Assembly (NCBI GenBank): GCA_020053795.1
Contig: JAGVMN010000004.1
Coordinates: forward strand, 925-64,924
Length of the DNA stretch: 64,000 nt
Direction of reading: 5' to 3'
Origin: Bacteroidia bacterium
GTDB taxonomy: Bacteria; Bacteroidota; Bacteroidia; NS11-12g; UBA9320
The position numbers and the translations under genes were made by a program. Of this stretch, positions 9,983 through 18,993 are shown in pieces; position 1 is the first letter of the stretch, and the number at the start of each line of letters is the position of its first letter. The notes beneath the pieces were generated by a model, which did not search any database, was not told where the DNA came from, and was given only the letters and a program-made list of their open reading frames with translations.

Positions 9983-11239
9983 TTATTCTTTCACGGTACC
10001 TTTCAGTTCTATGCCTTTGCCGCCTGTTTGTTTCTTCATGGTGCTGTAAACCTTGTTGGAGAAACTGTTGGAACTGACATCTGATTCCGATGCTGTTTTG
10101 GTTTTGATGTACTCGTTTCGTTTTGATATATTTAGCTGCAATGCTGCCCGGGCAGAGTCGCGATCGGCTTTCATTTTTTGCAGATAGGCTGTCCTTTGGG
10201 CCACCGTCAAGGGTTGCAGGGTTTCTGATAAAAGCTCTTTGCGGATGGTATCAACTTTCACCACACCGTTGGCGTAGTCTGTCACCAGATCGTTTTTGAA
10301 ATAGACGTCTTTGGTCACACCCTTAGTGGTTTTGTACTCTGCACGGCTGGCATTTTCGCTGGATTTCCCTTTGCTGTAAATGTCGTTTGCCTGCACTTTG
10401 CTACTTTCTTTTGAGACTCTAATTGTGTACGTACCGTAATAAACCACGGTGTTGTCAATGGTGTTTTGCAATCGGGCAATGTCATCATCATAAGGAGTGG
10501 TTAGCACATAGCCGTTGGCATTTTGATCTACAGGAATATAATCCCCGCCGGTGATCATAGCCACTTCACGCCAAACTTGTTCGGCACCGGCACAGTTGCC
10601 CATTTTCAGGGTATTGATATAAATGCCTTTTTTCACCGCCTCGCGACAGGTGACCGGATATTTAACATCGTTTTGGTAATCCATATGTGGCGGACAATCA
10701 CCCACCTGAAACACCGCTTTGTAAACGGCGGTGTCCGCATACCACTGAAACTTATTGACGGCATCGAACAAAGCCTGATTGACACTTTCGGGCGAATCGC
10801 CGCCTCCGGTGGCCACCATGTCCATCAGTTTGCCATAAACAGAGTCTATGTCTTCTGTAAATTCAATTCTTTTGGTTACAAAGTCATCACCACGGTCGCG
10901 GTAAAACACCATCCCGATTTGTAATTCGGGTTTGGGATCGGCCTGAAGAAGGCTGCTGGCGATGCTCCAGATTTTTTGCTTGGCTGTGGCAATCAGTCCA
11001 CCCATGCTTCCGGTAACATCGAGGCAAAACACCAATTGGATGCGTTTGCTCTGCTCCAAAGTTGGTTGACCCTCAGAATTGAGATTGTTAAGATTTGGAT
11101 TTTGAGAAATAGGGGGTTGAAGTTGGTGAGGTTGAACGAGAATACTTTGGGGATGATTCCACTCCTTGTCGGGTTGTGCCGTTGTACTGCCCAGGCATGT
11201 CACACATACCCAAAGGCCAATGATTGTTGTTGCTTTCAT
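9983..11239 (-). CDS. Exported von Willebrand factor A (vWA) domain protein with a helical C-terminal region
   Basis: Signal peptide, MIDAS-like LVFCLDVTGSMG, GGGDSPES and VGDCPPH motifs. No T9SS CTD is apparent. Confidence 0.88.
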   Translation of the reverse strand: MKATTIIGLWVCVTCLGSTTAQPDKEWNHPQSILVQPHQLQPPISQNPNLNNLNSEGQPTLEQSKRIQLVFCLDVTGSMGGLIATAKQKIWSIASSLLQADPKPELQIGMVFYRDRGDDFVTKRIEFTEDIDSVYGKLMDMVATGGGDSPESVNQALFDAVNKFQWYADTAVYKAVFQVGDCPPHMDYQNDVKYPVTCREAVKKGIYINTLKMGNCAGAEQVWREVAMITGGDYIPVDQNANGYVLTTPYDDDIARLQNTIDNTVVYYGTYTIRVSKESSKVQANDIYSKGKSSENASRAEYKTTKGVTKDVYFKNDLVTDYANGVVKVDTIRKELLSETLQPLTVAQRTAYLQKMKADRDSARAALQLNISKRNEYIKTKTASESDVSSNSFSNKVYSTMKKQTGGKGIELKGTVKE

Positions 11240-11283
11240 AATTTTAGGATTTATTTTTTGCTTTAAGTTTTCACTCTATTGGC

Positions 11284-11371
11284 CCCTGAGTTTGTCGAAG
11301 GGCTCTTTTAATTTGAGCCGCGAAGCATCGCGGCTTTACTTTGGGTTTGTACCCTGACCGAAGTCGAAGGG
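11284..11371. repeat. REP-like intergenic cluster: two CCCTGA..GTCGAAGGG units flanking a hairpin
   Basis: ccctgagtttgtcgaaggg (11284-11302), agccgcga-agca-tcgcggct hairpin (11316-11335), ccctgaccgaagtcgaaggg (11352-11371). Confidence 0.7.
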
Positions 11372-12370
11372 TCACTTCTTATAGTAGTTCAAGTGAATTT
11401 TCTGTCCGTTGCTTTTCAGCATGGTACCACTTTGCATTACCTGTGTTTCTTGTTTGTCTTCGTCCTGCAGAAATTCGCTGAGAAAAGCCATGACCCTTGA
11501 TGCGGCAATGGCCACAACTGAACCATAAGTGATGGCATCAACGGCCGCAGATTTAATCAGTTGCGGAGACTGTTTGCGGAACATCTGGTTGGTGGCAAAC
11601 AAATCTGCACTGATGATGGTATCCCCTGTGACGGCTACAAAGCCTATATAATTGGAGTCTTCCAACATCAGTTTTTCATAGTGCTTCATATATTTGGCTA
11701 CTTCAGTATTCAGGGCATCGGAGTTTTGAAGGGCTGCATAGGTGCCGGAGGAAGTTTGTGATTTGTTTTTCTTAGTGGCATCGGCCACTTCTTCCCAAAC
11801 CTTGCCCTGGTTTTTATCAACGACGGCTTTCCTTCTAACCTGTCCGGTTGCGACTCCAATGGTACCGTTAAACTGGTATCCGCTGTTTTGTGGCGTCCAT
11901 CGGCCATGCTCCACACAAAAAACCGATACCTGCACTTTGCCACTCTTAGGTGGCAACATTACATCCTGCCCAATGACCCGGTCCTGCTTTCCGCCGGTAA
12001 CAACTTCCCCTGCTAAAATCATAATGGTGTCTTTAGAAATGTTTTCGATCTCCAATGTGTTGACGGTACCATCTCCCAATTCAGTAACCTTAATTTTTTT
12101 TGCTTTCAAAGCTTCCTGCAAACTGGTGTGATTGCCAATGCTTTTATACTCGTTTCTAAGGGTTTCGTTGGCACGCAGCATATAGATACGCAGGTTGCCG
12201 TAGGTGAAGCGGTCTTCCATTTTTTTGAAGTCGCTGTTTTCGTTCAGTGTGTATTTGCCGTTTTCCTGGCTGACAAAAGTTGGGTTGCCGACACTGATGT
12301 TTTGAAGGTTTAGTTGTGCCCTCGATGTTTCAAAGGCAAACAGTGCAATAATAAAAAGGTATTTTTTCAT
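11372..12370 (-). CDS. Exported ARPP-1/DUF6569-like protein
   Basis: Signal peptide MKKYLFIIALFAFETSRA-Q; motifs LQEAL, VNTLEIEN, AGEVVTGGKQDR, VFCVEHGRW, QGKVWEEV and ADLFAT typical of this family. Confidence 0.72.
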   Translation of the reverse strand: MKKYLFIIALFAFETSRAQLNLQNISVGNPTFVSQENGKYTLNENSDFKKMEDRFTYGNLRIYMLRANETLRNEYKSIGNHTSLQEALKAKKIKVTELGDGTVNTLEIENISKDTIMILAGEVVTGGKQDRVIGQDVMLPPKSGKVQVSVFCVEHGRWTPQNSGYQFNGTIGVATGQVRRKAVVDKNQGKVWEEVADATKKNKSQTSSGTYAALQNSDALNTEVAKYMKHYEKLMLEDSNYIGFVAVTGDTIISADLFATNQMFRKQSPQLIKSAAVDAITYGSVVAIAASRVMAFLSEFLQDEDKQETQVMQSGTMLKSNGQKIHLNYYKK

Positions 12371-12427
12371 GACGTTTTGTGTTAAATTCAATTCAAAGGT
12401 CTGGTGCCTTTTTTAACTATTTTTTTG

Positions 12428-12480
12428 AAATGAGTGAAACGCCGTGGCAAATGAGTGAATGCTTACCTTTTGCTTGTGAA
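12428..12480. promoter_or_regulatory. Putative LytTR binding array with 21-bp period
   Basis: AAATGAGTGAA at 12428 and 12449, plus a partial GTGAA at 12476 in exact register. It lies upstream of a GACCTTTG -7-like box on the minus strand (~12394-12401). Confidence 0.75.
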
Positions 12481-12519
12481 CAGGCATTATAGCCAAAAGA
12501 AAAACCCCGAATTCAGATT

Positions 12520-14499
12520 ATGGCATTTTTTCGCTGCTTATCTTTGCTTGAGTTTTTACAGGAAACATTGAAAATAACATTTGTCATAGTGTTCATTCTG
12601 ATTACCATTCAGGGGTTTTGCCAAACCAGTGGTGGTAGGGAAAATGTGACAAAAAAAGCCAAACAGGTAAGTTCTTCTACGCCTATGGAATTGGTGAACG
12701 AGGCCAACAAACGCTCGGAAACAGATGCTGCCAAAAGTATGGAACTTGCTACCACTGCTCTTGAAAGGAGTTTGAGTCAGAAGGATAAAAAGGGAGAATA
12801 TTATTCTTACAATACCCTCGGAACACTCTATTACAATATCGGCAACTGGGCCAAAGCGGTGCAATATTTCACGCTTGCCCGCAACGGTTTCACAAGCATC
12901 AAAGACGAAAAAGGAAAATCCTATTCCGAAAAGTATCTGGCTCTGGCTCTGGAAAAACAAAAGAACTATGGCGAGGCTCTAAAGGTAACATCTTCCGCAC
13001 CGAGTAGGGTAAGCAGTAAAGAAGAAGAAGTCAGAAGTAAGTATAATAAGGCCCGGCTAAAATCAAAAGCCGGTAAAGACAAAGAAGCCATTTCTGAATT
13101 GAAATCACTGGCAAGGGACACCACACTTTCTATTGAAAACAAAATTCAGATTTATAAGGAACTGGGAGATTTATACGTGGCAAGTAATGATACCGCTAGT
13201 GCTTTTAAAGCTTATGATGAGGTTTTGCAGGTAGAAAACGAAGGGACGTATCAGTTAAATTTATCCAAAACCGGAAAAGTGGGATATTTTGACGTGCTAA
13301 AAAAAGTGAGCGACCTTAACATCAAAAGCGGAAATGAAGCAGATAATTTCCTGCTTCAGAATACCATTCTGGCTCAGGGCTTGAAAAGCAAAGACCCTGA
13401 TCTGGTGCAGGCTGCCAACCTGAACATCGGCACCACGCTGATGAGTCAGGATCAGGAAATTAAAGCCATTCCCTTTTTATTTACGAGTGCAAGCATTGCC
13501 CGTAGCCGCAGCAATCCGGTCGAAGAGCAGAAAAGCGTGAAGGAACTGGCTCAGGCCTACGAAAATCTGGGGCAATACGACAAGGCGTTGGATGTTTACA
13601 AGCGATATGTGCAATTGTCGGATTCTTTTAAAATCCTGCAGGCCGGAAGTGAGGAAGCCGCTTTGGCTTTAAATGCGGAATTTCTGAAGCAGGAAGACCG
13701 AATACGGGGACTGATGGACAGTCAAAAGGAAAAAGAAGTCAGCATTAAAAGGCAAAGAAATATTCTCTGGACGTTGGGTGGTGGGCTCATGCTTTTTGTA
13801 TTGCTCACCTGGGCTTTGGTTCGGAACATTCGTCAAAAGCAAAAGGCCAATATGCTCATCAAACTGCAAAGTCTGAGAACACAGATGAATCCGCATTTCA
13901 TTTTTAACTCGCTGAACAGTGTCAATAATTTCATCGCCAAGAATGACGAACGCAGTGCCAACCGTTACTTGTCAGAGTTCAGCAAGCTGATGCGGACCGT
14001 CCTTAAAAACAGTGATCAGGACTTTGTGAGCCTGGCTTCTGAGATTCAAACATTGGGCATCTATCTTGAGCTGGAGCATTTCCGGTTCGGTGATAAATTC
14101 GAGTACCGCCTTGAAGTGGCCCCTGAAGTAGAGCCCGAGGCGGTGCAAATTCCCTCCATGCTCATACAACCCTATATCGAAAATGCGATATGGCACGGGC
14201 TTCGGTACAAAGAAGAAAAGGGCGTATTGGAAGTGAAGTTTTTTATTGAGGGCAAGAAGTTGTATTGCAGCATTTTTGATAACGGGATTGGCCGCAGGAA
14301 ATCGGCGGAACTGAAAACCGATCATCAAAAGATCTATCAGAGCACCGGAATAAAAAACACCAAAGAACGGATTGAAATACTGAACAAGCTGCACGGTACC
14401 TCACTTGGCATCACCATACAGGACATAGAGGAAGGCGAAGAAAAGGGGACATTGGTTAAGATTTCGCTGCCATACATTATGGAGGAGATAGTTGTATGA
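12520..14499 (+). CDS. TPR-domain LytS-type sensor histidine kinase
   Basis: N-terminal hydrophobic segment, TPR-like repeats, a TM helix, QMNPHFIFNSLN, IQPYIENAIWHG and DNGIG. The true start may lie slightly downstream. Confidence 0.92.
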   Translation: MAFFRCLSLLEFLQETLKITFVIVFILITIQGFCQTSGGRENVTKKAKQVSSSTPMELVNEANKRSETDAAKSMELATTALERSLSQKDKKGEYYSYNTLGTLYYNIGNWAKAVQYFTLARNGFTSIKDEKGKSYSEKYLALALEKQKNYGEALKVTSSAPSRVSSKEEEVRSKYNKARLKSKAGKDKEAISELKSLARDTTLSIENKIQIYKELGDLYVASNDTASAFKAYDEVLQVENEGTYQLNLSKTGKVGYFDVLKKVSDLNIKSGNEADNFLLQNTILAQGLKSKDPDLVQAANLNIGTTLMSQDQEIKAIPFLFTSASIARSRSNPVEEQKSVKELAQAYENLGQYDKALDVYKRYVQLSDSFKILQAGSEEAALALNAEFLKQEDRIRGLMDSQKEKEVSIKRQRNILWTLGGGLMLFVLLTWALVRNIRQKQKANMLIKLQSLRTQMNPHFIFNSLNSVNNFIAKNDERSANRYLSEFSKLMRTVLKNSDQDFVSLASEIQTLGIYLELEHFRFGDKFEYRLEVAPEVEPEAVQIPSMLIQPYIENAIWHGLRYKEEKGVLEVKFFIEGKKLYCSIFDNGIGRRKSAELKTDHQKIYQSTGIKNTKERIEILNKLHGTSLGITIQDIEEGEEKGTLVKISLPYIMEEIVV

Positions 14500-14572
14500 A
14501 GATTTTGACTGATCTGTTTTGTCACATAATATTTTTCGGTTATTCGATGTTTAGAAAAACTCTTTCAAGACC

Positions 14573-15439
14573 ATGATGAAAGCACATATTTCGACATTCT
14601 TTTTTGTTTTTACATTTCTGAATTCTGTCAATGGGAAACAATTTGAAAATGATAAAGGAAGTAATTCAGACTCTATTAAAATTCCCTTTTATTTTGGACT
14701 TAATGTTAATGGTCCAACTTTTATTCAGATTAAAAATTCAATGGACAGTATTGTATTTAATCATGAAGGCGATTGGAAGGATTGGGGCTCCCAGTATCAA
14801 AAGACTTTATTAAAGGGGAAGTATCGAATTTTCATAAAGGTCGATCAAAACAGCTTGAATACCTTGATTGCAGAAGAACATTTTGAAATAATTGGGAATG
14901 AAACGCTAATAGATGTTTCTGTAGTTTTAATTAGAGGAAGGACACCTTGTAAAGAACTAATAGTAACTAAATACTACGGTAATGAATTTGATATCAAGCT
15001 TAAGAGAATATGGAACCCACAATCCCAATTTGAAATGGATTCTTCCTTTCTTCCTGATTATGAAGTATTGAATTCATCTGATTCTTTGCTTTATGGAATC
15101 TATCATAGGTTTTCTTCATCAATGTCAATTAGCTGGGTTCAACTTCACTATATTACTTTTTTAAGGTATCAAAAATTTGAGAATGGTAATTGGTTGACTA
15201 TTTCCTGCAATGCCCCGAGAATTCAAATGGGACTCAAGCCAAATGAGAAAGGTTGTACACTGAAGGATATGCGACTTGATTGTAATACTAATAACTTTCA
15301 AAAAAAAATTAGATATCGTGTCATTTTTCAGTACGGAATTAATAATACTATTGTTAGAATTCCTGAAAAGAGGGATGAATCATTTACTTATATTGAACCT
15401 CATGTTTACCAAATATATGATGAATTTACAATCGAATAA
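14573..15439 (+). CDS. Hypothetical exported protein in an AT-rich gene inserted between the kinase and its regulator
   Basis: 288-aa ORF with a signal-like N-terminus. It is visibly more AT-rich than the flanking genes and has no recognised domain. Confidence 0.6.
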   Translation: MMKAHISTFFFVFTFLNSVNGKQFENDKGSNSDSIKIPFYFGLNVNGPTFIQIKNSMDSIVFNHEGDWKDWGSQYQKTLLKGKYRIFIKVDQNSLNTLIAEEHFEIIGNETLIDVSVVLIRGRTPCKELIVTKYYGNEFDIKLKRIWNPQSQFEMDSSFLPDYEVLNSSDSLLYGIYHRFSSSMSISWVQLHYITFLRYQKFENGNWLTISCNAPRIQMGLKPNEKGCTLKDMRLDCNTNNFQKKIRYRVIFQYGINNTIVRIPEKRDESFTYIEPHVYQIYDEFTIE

Positions 15440-15609
15440 TATTCGACCACAAGTATATTGTAATGTTGGTTTTTGGTTTGCAAATTTTCTTCTCCTAACT
15501 ACCATTGTTCCGGTTGGAAAGTTTTGTGTCCAAAGCGGCACTTAAATCGGCCTCTGATAAATAGCGAGGTGTGGTAAACGAAATTTAATAATAGTCTGAG
15601 TGCATAATT

Positions 15610-16362
15610 ATGAGCATTAAAACAATCACCGCCCTCATCGTTGACGACGAAGCTGCCGCCAGAGAAACACTGTTGGCTTATATCGGAAAATACTGTGAAG
15701 GTGTCAACGTGATTGGCGAGGCGGCAGACGTTCCCTCGGCTGTTGAGACGATCAACCGCCTGAAACCGGAATTGGTTTTTCTGGATGTGGAAATGCCTTT
15801 CGGCAACGCCTTCGATGTATTGGAAAATACAGCCGCTATTGGATTCGAGACCATCTTTATAACCGCCTACAGCGAATATGCTATCAACGCGTTTAACTTC
15901 AGTGCTGCCTATTATATCCTGAAACCGGTTGACATTGGCGAACTGATTAAAGCGGTGAACAAAGTGAGAACCTCCCTGAGTCAAAAATCAGTTCCGCGGG
16001 TTTCGCAGGTTTTGTATGAGAATATGCGGCATCCCGAAAACAAAAAATTGGTCTTGCCCACTACCACCGGGTTCGAAGTGGTGGCCATCAAAGACATTGT
16101 TCGCCTCAGCGGCAGCAGCAACTATACCGAGATATTCCTCAGCGACGGGAAAAAGAAAGTAGTCAGCAAGGTATTAAAATTCTTCGAAGAAATGCTTTCC
16201 GATCAAGGATTTATGCGGGTACACAAGAGTCATATCATCAACCTAGAACAAATAAAAAAATATCATAAGGGCAGGGGAGGGAGTTTAGAGTTGAGCGATG
16301 GTGTCGAGATAGAAGTTTCACCCAACAAGAAGCAAGAGTTGCTTGGGCATTTCGGGGGTTGA
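15610..16362 (+). CDS. LytTR family response regulator
   Basis: IVDDE, LVFLDVEMP and YILKP receiver motifs; FMRVHKSHIINL LytTR domain. Confidence 0.95.
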   Translation: MSIKTITALIVDDEAAARETLLAYIGKYCEGVNVIGEAADVPSAVETINRLKPELVFLDVEMPFGNAFDVLENTAAIGFETIFITAYSEYAINAFNFSAAYYILKPVDIGELIKAVNKVRTSLSQKSVPRVSQVLYENMRHPENKKLVLPTTTGFEVVAIKDIVRLSGSSNYTEIFLSDGKKKVVSKVLKFFEEMLSDQGFMRVHKSHIINLEQIKKYHKGRGGSLELSDGVEIEVSPNKKQELLGHFGG

Positions 16363-16489
16363 TCAATCAATTGAATTTTGATTTCGTTTTCAATCATTTT
16401 GATTCTTATTTCCATAGTAAGAACAACTTAGGTTTAAGTTCTTTGTTAAATGCTTCGAACACATTATCATCGCTAAAAAAGATATCGCC

Positions 16490-17662
16490 ATGAAAAAACA
16501 ATTACTCATTCTTTCAGTCATTTTATCACCCGGTTTGCTGAAGGCTCAAATCACCCTGACCCAGGCAAATGCACCTACTGTGTCTATATTGACTACGAGT
16601 GACACAGCAAATTCGGTCAAATTATTGGCAACCTATCCCGATTTGTCGGCCAAGACAAATGCCACCTGGGACATGACATTGGTTAAGGACTCATTATTGT
16701 TTTCAACATTTAATGGAGCCATTACAAGTGCTGTTTTCCCAAATGCGACCTTTACAATTAAAAAGGAGTATTCATTTGCAGGTTCGTTGAAGTATTTCAC
16801 CCAGGCAATGTTGGCGGTAACAGCCAACGGCGTTGTTCAGTATGGGGAGAGCATCAATCGTCAGGCGATTTCGCTGGCGGCAGTGAGCGGCGGAGCGAAT
16901 GATTCATTAATTTTTCCAAAACAGGATGTCATTTTTTCCGCTGACAAGGTAGAAATAAAATACCCTTGCGGCATGGGTACCACCTGGGTTTCTTCACCCA
17001 AATTTACCACCAATTTTGGTATTACAATAGCTAGTTTGGGTTTGAACAAAACTAATGGTAAAAGACAAAGTGAATTGACTGTAACAAATACAGTTGTTGG
17101 TTGGGGAAAAATGAGGGTAAATGACAAAGGGGGTAACCCGACGGAGTATATGGATGTGTTGCAGTTGCAGATTGAAAATTCTATTAAAGACAGTTTCTTT
17201 TTAGCCGGAAAACCTGCACCAACAGCACTTTTGAATGCATTTGGATTGACACAGGGGCAAGTCTCAAAGTCCTACGAAAGGCAATTTCTCCGCAAAGGTG
17301 AATTCAGGCCATTGGTAGAAATTTCTTATACGGATAATACGTATAGCAAGAAGAACTTCTGTGAAGTTCACAAACAACGGTTTCAGGCTGCTGCCGGTAC
17401 AACGGATGTAACCACAAATCATTTTGAGGTTTACCCGAATCCGGTAACCGATTATTCTTTTATGATCGGTGGTGATGATTTAAAGAAGGGAAACTTGAAA
17501 TTTATTCTCCTCAATTCTCTCGGACAGGAAGTAATTGGTGCCGAAGTCCCTTCGAATGGTGAGGTGAATCTGTCAGAGTCCATTTCTTCCGGGCTGTATC
17601 AGCTTCAGTTAATGGCGGATGATCAGGTTTTGGGTGTGAAGAAAATTCATATTATCAACTAA
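16490..17662 (+). CDS. T9SS type A sorting domain-containing protein
   Basis: Signal peptide ending LKA-Q; C-terminal VYPNP...NSLGQ...SGLYQL...KKI domain. Confidence 0.85.
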   Translation: MKKQLLILSVILSPGLLKAQITLTQANAPTVSILTTSDTANSVKLLATYPDLSAKTNATWDMTLVKDSLLFSTFNGAITSAVFPNATFTIKKEYSFAGSLKYFTQAMLAVTANGVVQYGESINRQAISLAAVSGGANDSLIFPKQDVIFSADKVEIKYPCGMGTTWVSSPKFTTNFGITIASLGLNKTNGKRQSELTVTNTVVGWGKMRVNDKGGNPTEYMDVLQLQIENSIKDSFFLAGKPAPTALLNAFGLTQGQVSKSYERQFLRKGEFRPLVEISYTDNTYSKKNFCEVHKQRFQAAAGTTDVTTNHFEVYPNPVTDYSFMIGGDDLKKGNLKFILLNSLGQEVIGAEVPSNGEVNLSESISSGLYQLQLMADDQVLGVKKIHIIN

Positions 17663-17682
17663 GAATCTATCCTTTAAAGAAT

Positions 17683-17711
17683 AAAGAGCCTCTGAATTCA
17701 GGGGCTCTTTT
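17683..17711 (+). terminator. Intrinsic terminator
   Basis: aaagagcctctgaattcaggggctctttt hairpin with a T tail. Confidence 0.85.
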
Positions 17712-17777
17712 GTGCAAACAATTTTGAGTATAAACTTCAAAGTCATTTAGTTAGGGGTTAATTGTTACCTTTTAGAG

Positions 17778-17970
17778 CCGTAGGTTCGAATGATATTGTA
17801 AGGCCGGACTTTAGTCTTGTCAAGAAGCAACCACAATGAGGGATATCGGATTGGTGAAGATGCTACGTGGATTAAATGGGTCGTCCCGTACATATGGGTC
17901 CTAACGTTTCAATCACTTTTGTAAACGGACTGAAGTCAGTTGTTACAATATTGTCCGTCCCTTCGGGACT
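17778..17970. repeat. Degenerate REP/REPIN-like inverted-repeat element
   Basis: The left arm ccgtaggttcgaatgatattgtaaggccggactttagtc resembles the reverse complement of the right arm (ccgaagggacggacaatattgtaacaactgacttcagtc). Short internal palindromes include gactgaagtc and gtcccttcgggac. Confidence 0.6.
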
Positions 17971-18014
17971 GATTTGTTAACCAAATAACATTGATAAAAA
18001 CACCATCTTTTGCC

Positions 18015-18184
18015 TTATTTGGTTTTACCTTTTGAAGTTGGTTTTGGTTTCAGTGACCGGACATAATGGTAACTCGTCTCAAAATAATTTTTCAATTCTT
18101 CAGTCTTTTCCAACAGGCTGAGGGGCACTTCAACGTATTCTTTCATAATGACTCCGTGAGACAGAATTAAGTTGGTTTGGTCGA
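18015..18184 (-). pseudogene. 3' remnant of a small TfoX-N-like Bacteroidota protein gene
   Basis: With one 2-nt frameshift the minus strand reads ...SHGVIMK/EYVEVPLSLLEKTEELKNYFETSYHYVRSLKPKPTSKGKTK*. No intact 5' part is visible. Confidence 0.5.
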
Positions 18185-18279
18185 GGTTTAACTTTCAGGA
18201 GGGACGCTGTGTTCTTTTTTTGTTGGCATATATGAGGATTAATTTTGTGCAAAAGTGCTGGTAACTAAAGCTTTTTCCC

Positions 18280-18903
18280 TCATTCAGCCAAATATTTGTC
18301 AATTACGTTATGGTCTGTCGAGAAGTACATTCCTTCGTACGGCCCAAACACTTGTCCGTTCGTAAATATACTGTCTATTTTTCCGTCTGTCCGTTCGAAC
18401 ACTAATTTCATTTTCTTGGCATATTTCCACGATCCCCGTTTATATTTTGCAAAACCAATGTCGCTGATAAAATCATCTAAGTGTTGAACATCAATCGTGT
18501 CTAAAATGGTAATTATTTGTGCTCTGCGAATTGTCTGTTTGTAGAGATAGTGCTGCATTTTGGTTGACCCGCTTTGATAATTTAAAAATGATTGTCGTTC
18601 AGAAAGAAAAAATGGAATAAAAACGATAACTCCAATCATAGTAACTGCCAGACTTGTTAAAAATGGTTTTTCGTTTGCAATCATTTTCTTAGTCAAGAAG
18701 TAGTTTATCAAAAGAACTATTATTGATACAACACTAAGCTGAACGAATATATCATTGGCTATAGAGTTTGCAATTTCAAGTCCTTTGTCTTTTCCCAACT
18801 GAACCACTATTAGTCTATAGGTTAATGCAGAACCCATAATGATGACATAAATAAAAGTCAAGTTTAAAATGACTAAAAGTCCAATGCCAATTTTGCGTCT
18901 CAT
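18280..18903 (-). CDS. Hypothetical membrane protein (three N-terminal TM helices plus a soluble domain)
   Basis: 207-aa AT-rich ORF with three hydrophobic segments. Confidence 0.6.
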   Translation of the reverse strand: MRRKIGIGLLVILNLTFIYVIIMGSALTYRLIVVQLGKDKGLEIANSIANDIFVQLSVVSIIVLLINYFLTKKMIANEKPFLTSLAVTMIGVIVFIPFFLSERQSFLNYQSGSTKMQHYLYKQTIRRAQIITILDTIDVQHLDDFISDIGFAKYKRGSWKYAKKMKLVFERTDGKIDSIFTNGQVFGPYEGMYFSTDHNVIDKYLAE

Positions 18904-18993
18904 TAGGGTTGATGGTTACTCAAAGATTCAAGAATTATTTTCATTGAAAGACGCCAGTCAGATCAACAAAAATAAGAATTAAATTGCTGAATC

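Noticed and set aside
12428-12480. Short direct repeats as a mini-CRISPR
   Set aside because: The 11-bp units with 10-bp spacers are too short, no cas genes are present, and a LytTR operator explains them better.
18254-18266. gtgctggtaac as an attC core site beside the orphan membrane gene
   Set aside because: It is a single short match with no complementary partner site or integrase visible.
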